Shown here: positions 60,494 through 64,000 of the stretch, piece after piece
How the letters are laid out: the number at the start of each line of letters is the position of its first letter
How positions within the stretch are numbered: position 1 is the first letter of the stretch
Source: Planctomycetota bacterium
GTDB taxonomy: Bacteria; Planctomycetota; UBA1135; UBA2386
Direction of reading: 5' to 3'
Assembly: GCA_046290465.1 (NCBI GenBank)
Contig: JBKAGP010000001.1
Span: 4,640,001-4,704,000 of the forward strand
DNA: 64,000 bases
The notes under the pieces: model-generated
The model's database searches: none
Seen by the model: only the letters and a program-made list of their open reading frames with translations
What the model was told of the DNA's origin: nothing
Program-made: the position numbers and the translations under genes

Positions 60494-61267
60494 ATGGACA
60501 TCTTCAGTCTCCTCGGCCTGATCCTCGCCTTCATCGGCGTCATCGGCGGCATGATCCTCGAAGGGGGTCACCCGGAGGAACTGCTGCAGGTCACGGCCTT
60601 CATGATCGTGATCATCGGCTCGCTCGGCGCGACCCTGGTGGCGACGCTGCCGTCGGACACCGGCCATGCGATCCAGTCGCTGAAGCGGATCTTCCTGCCC
60701 GGCAAGTACGACTTCCACGGGCTGATGGACAAGATCCTCGAGCTCGCCAACCTGGCGCGCCGCGAGGGGCTGCTGGCGCTCGAGACCTATGCCAACAGCG
60801 GCGAGGGCGACCCGTTCCTGGTCAAGTGCCTGACGCTGGCAATCGACGGCAGCTCGGCCGAGGCCATCCGTGAGACCGTCGAGGTCGACATGCACATCGC
60901 CGAGGAGGACCAGAAGGCCGGCATGAAGTTCTGGGAGACCTGGGGGGCGCTGGCGCCGACGGTCGGCGTGCTGGGCGCGGTGCTCGGTCTGATGCACGTG
61001 ATGTCCGTGCTCGACCAGCCGGAGCTGATCGGTCCCGGTATCGCCGTCGCGTTCGTGGCGACGGTCTACGGCGTCGGCTTCGCCAACGTCGTCTGCCTGC
61101 CGATGTCGTTCAAGCTGAAGCGCCACATCGAGCACGACCAGCTGCTCAAGAGCATGGTGCTCGAGGGCGTCGTCGGTATCCAGTCCGGCATCGCGCCGGG
61201 CGCCTTGCGCAGCAAGCTGAAGGTCTACGCCGACAGCCACGGCGGCGGCGGCGGCGACAAGCACTAG
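60494..61267 (+). CDS. motA: Flagellar stator MotA
   Basis: ARREGLLALE, DPFL..LAIDG, APTVGVLGAVLGL, GIAVAFVATVYGV. Confidence 0.96.
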   Translation: MDIFSLLGLILAFIGVIGGMILEGGHPEELLQVTAFMIVIIGSLGATLVATLPSDTGHAIQSLKRIFLPGKYDFHGLMDKILELANLARREGLLALETYANSGEGDPFLVKCLTLAIDGSSAEAIRETVEVDMHIAEEDQKAGMKFWETWGALAPTVGVLGAVLGLMHVMSVLDQPELIGPGIAVAFVATVYGVGFANVVCLPMSFKLKRHIEHDQLLKSMVLEGVVGIQSGIAPGALRSKLKVYADSHGGGGGDKH

Positions 61268-61287
61268 CAATCCGGATCCGCGCAGCG

Positions 61288-62022
61288 ATGGCGAAGAAGC
61301 ACAAGCACGAAGAGCACGTCAACCACGAGCGGTGGGTCATCTCGTTCGCGGACATGATGACGCTGCTGTTCGCGCTGTTCGTCGTGCTCTACGCGATGGG
61401 CGTGCAGGACCTCGAGAAGCTCAAGAAGCTGAAGAAGTCGATCCAGTTCGCGTTCAACATCGCCGGCGAAGGCAAGACGCGCGACACCGGCATCTTCGAC
61501 GACGTCAAGGGGGCGGGCGAGGTGCAGGTGCCCGCGCCGCTGGTGACCGCGCAGGACGGGTCGATGAAGGAGTTCCTCGAGGAGATGCTCGAGGAGTTCC
61601 GCGAGGAGAACGGCAAGTCGCTCGACATCGTGATGGTCGACGACACGATCTCGCTGACCGCGCCGATGTCGAAGTTCTTCGGCGAGGGCCGCGCCTATCC
61701 GGTGCGCCGCGAGATGGCCGATCGACTGGACCGCCTGTTCGACGGCTCGCTGTCGTTCACGTCGACGATCCGCATCCGCGTCGAGACGCCGAATCTCCCG
61801 ATCGCCGAGCGGCGTGACGGCAGCGTCGTGACGTCGATGGACCTCTGCGTCGCGCGCGTGCGCACCCTCGGTCGCATCGCCCGCAACAACCCGCAGGTGT
61901 TGCCGGAGATGGTCAACCACGAGTTCGTCGAACAGAACGAACGGCCCGGTGTCGGCGGCACCTGGGAGGATCAGGCCAAGGTCGTCATCTCGTTCTCCAA
62001 CGCCCGTCCCGAGAACCGCTGA
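61288..62022 (+). CDS. motB: Flagellar stator MotB with atypical C-terminal domain
   Basis: HERWVISFADMMTLLFALFVVLYA. Confidence 0.9.
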   Translation: MAKKHKHEEHVNHERWVISFADMMTLLFALFVVLYAMGVQDLEKLKKLKKSIQFAFNIAGEGKTRDTGIFDDVKGAGEVQVPAPLVTAQDGSMKEFLEEMLEEFREENGKSLDIVMVDDTISLTAPMSKFFGEGRAYPVRREMADRLDRLFDGSLSFTSTIRIRVETPNLPIAERRDGSVVTSMDLCVARVRTLGRIARNNPQVLPEMVNHEFVEQNERPGVGGTWEDQAKVVISFSNARPENR

Positions 62023-62103
62023 CGGCAGCGCGCCGACGGGCGGTTGGTAGGGTCTGCTCCCGGAACCGCACGTGCGGACCGCGGGACCGAACTTGCGGAC
62101 CGG

Positions 62104-62745
62104 TCAGACCAGGCCCAGTTCGATGGCGCGGAGGACGGCGCGGGTGCGGTCGTCGGCGGCGAGTTTGCCGAGGATGACGCTGACGTGGTTCTTGACGGTG
62201 CCCTCGGCGAGGCCGAGGCCGTCGGCGATCTCGCGGTTGGTCAGGCCGGCAGCCATCAGGCGGAGCACGTCCGACTCGCGCGGCGTCAACGCCGGCGCTG
62301 CCGCCTCCTGCGGTGCGCCCGAACGTCCGGCCAGCACGTTGCGCACCCGGTCGCCGACGGCCGGCCGCAGCGCCAGTCGCCCCTCGTGAACGTCCCGGAT
62401 CGCCTCGAGCAGTTCGTCGCGCGACGTGTCCTTGAGCAGGAAGCCGCGTGCACCGCGCCGCGCCGCGAGCAGCAGCGCCGCGTCGTCGTCGAACGTCGTC
62501 AGCACCAGCGCGCGCGGCCGCTCCCGTTCGGCCTCCTGCAGCCGGCGCAGCACTTCGTGGCCGTCCATCTCCGGCATGCGCAGGTCGAGCAGCAGCACGT
62601 CGACCTCGGTCTCGGCCAACAGGTCGAGCGCCTCGACACCGTCGGCGGCGTGGCCGACCACGGTGACGTCGTCGCTCGTGTGCAGCAGCGCTGCGAAGCC
62701 CTCGCGCACGAGTCGGTGGTCGTCGACGATCGCGACGCGGATCAT
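62104..62745 (-). CDS. NarL/LuxR-family response regulator
   Basis: IVDDH, LLDLRMPEMDG, LTTFDDD, LTPRE, GTVKNHVS. Confidence 0.96.
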   Translation of the reverse strand: MIRVAIVDDHRLVREGFAALLHTSDDVTVVGHAADGVEALDLLAETEVDVLLLDLRMPEMDGHEVLRRLQEAERERPRALVLTTFDDDAALLLAARRGARGFLLKDTSRDELLEAIRDVHEGRLALRPAVGDRVRNVLAGRSGAPQEAAAPALTPRESDVLRLMAAGLTNREIADGLGLAEGTVKNHVSVILGKLAADDRTRAVLRAIELGLV

Positions 62746-63851
62746 GCTCGTTCCTCCGCGGGCAGCGACATGCGAACGGTCGTGCCCTCGCCGGGGATGC
62801 GTTCGATCGCGAACCCGCAGCCGGCCGCGCGGCAACGTTCGGTCATGCCCGAGATGCCGCGGCCCCGCAGCGCACCGCTCCAGCTGGCACCGTCGTCCTG
62901 CACCTCGATGGCGTCGGTGTCGACACGCAGCGCGATACGCTCGGCGCGCGCGTGCTTGCGCGCGTTGGTGACGGCCTCCTGCACCGCACGGAAGCACTCG
63001 CGCGCGGCGGCGGCGGGCATCGCGCGGGCGCGCCGGTCGTCGCGCACGTCGACGGTGACCGGCGGGTGCGTGCGTTCGTCGTGCAGCTCCTGCAGCGCAT
63101 GCACGAGGTCGAAGTCCTCGCGCTCCTGCATCTCGTCGACGACGCCGCGCACCTCGGCCAGCAGCAGCCGCGACAGCTGCCTCGCCTGCTCCAGGTGCGG
63201 GTTGCAGCCGTCGCCGCGCGCCGCCTCGAGCTGCAGCTGCAGCGCGACCAGGTGGTGGCCGAGCACGTCGTGCAGGTCGGCGGCGATCTGGTTGCGTTCG
63301 GCGCGGCGGGCCGCGGCCTCGAGTTCGACCCGCGTCCGTGCCAGCGCCGTGCGCGCGCGCCGTTCCGACGCCGCCGTGCGCGAGAACCGGTAGCCGATGA
63401 CCTGGAACCCGAAGAACCCGAACGCCGCCGAGATCCCGACCTCGACGCTCCATCGGCTCACGTAGACCGACACCAGCACCAGGCTCTGCGCGAGGATCCA
63501 CGGCATCGCGTGACGCGGTGCGACGTCGTGCAGCCGCGCGGCGACCAGCACCAGCAGCGTCGCGGTCAGCGCCGCGCCGCCGTAGACCACCGGGATCAGC
63601 CAGATCGCGACGCACGCGAGCACCGAGGCCAACGCCAGCAGGGCGAACCGCGGCGGCCCGCTGCGGCGGATCGCGACCTGGTCGACGGCGGCGAACACCG
63701 CGACGCACGCGAGCCACCAGCCGAGGTGGTCCGGCAGCGTCTCCGGGTGCAGCAGCGAACGCTGCACGATCGGGCTGATCGCGACGGCGATCGCGAGCGG
63801 GCCGAGCCACGCCGAGATCGAGCGTGCGCCAGCTTCGCGACCGTCTGCCAT
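62742..63851 (-). CDS. Membrane sensor histidine kinase, HisKA_3 (DesK/NarX-like)
   Basis: About 5 TMs, ERNQIAADLHDVLGH, QEAVTNARKHA, DDG, GRGISGMTER. Confidence 0.95.
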   Translation of the reverse strand: MADGREAGARSISAWLGPLAIAVAISPIVQRSLLHPETLPDHLGWWLACVAVFAAVDQVAIRRSGPPRFALLALASVLACVAIWLIPVVYGGAALTATLLVLVAARLHDVAPRHAMPWILAQSLVLVSVYVSRWSVEVGISAAFGFFGFQVIGYRFSRTAASERRARTALARTRVELEAAARRAERNQIAADLHDVLGHHLVALQLQLEAARGDGCNPHLEQARQLSRLLLAEVRGVVDEMQEREDFDLVHALQELHDERTHPPVTVDVRDDRRARAMPAAAARECFRAVQEAVTNARKHARAERIALRVDTDAIEVQDDGASWSGALRGRGISGMTERCRAAGCGFAIERIPGEGTTVRMSLPAEERA

Positions 63852-63960
63852 CGCGCGGATCCTAGCGGGTGGGCCGGACCGGCACCCGTGCCGATGGTCA
63901 TGGGTCGACAGGGGACCGGCGGCACTGTCGCGGCCGGTCGCCGCGATGCATCTTGGGGCC

Positions 63961-64000
63961 ATGAACCTCCGACTGCCTCGTCCGTCTCGCTGGCTGGGTC
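63961..64000 (+). CDS. Possible start of a divergent gene (partial)
   Basis: ATG at 63961, MNLRLPRPSRWLG, open to the window edge. Confidence 0.3.
   Translation, partial: MNLRLPRPSRWLG

Overview
High-GC bacterial chromosomal window. It is probably an uncultured Planctomycetota-type organism; this is inferred from the ECF-sigma/carboxypeptidase-domain fusion, the Cys-type sulfatase, the secretin-like protein, and the pilin-like and PEP-CTERM proteins. Layout: (1) 1-11.7 kb: a phosphorelay plus a sigma54 activator, followed by a cluster of general-stress/osmotic genes (DUF1328, CsbD x2, YqjD/YqjE-like, PRC-barrel, DUF3185, hemerythrin, DUF2383, BON-MscS) carrying four sigma54 -24/-12 promoter matches. 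(2) 14-30.5 kb: flagellar filament locus (fliS, fliD, flaG, four 275-aa flagellins and one decayed flagellin fragment, sigma28-like promoters) and a divergent regulatory operon (two sigma54 activators, two kinases, three unknown TPR/secreted proteins). (3) 30.5-44.4 kb: mixed metabolic and envelope genes. (4) 44.4-49.4 kb: a compositionally atypical two-gene module, a ~1055-aa unknown protein translationally coupled to a stand-alone SIR2 protein; this is the best candidate for an undescribed anti-phage system. (5) 49.5-64 kb: hydrolases, a HIT/kinase/sulfotransferase operon, motAB and a NarL-type two-component system. A non-coding 83-bp CTAG-bounded element occurs as tandem doublets at two loci, each at a TAG stop codon. 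No rRNA, tRNA, CRISPR array or transposase was recognised. All family calls are by-eye motif recognition, not database hits.
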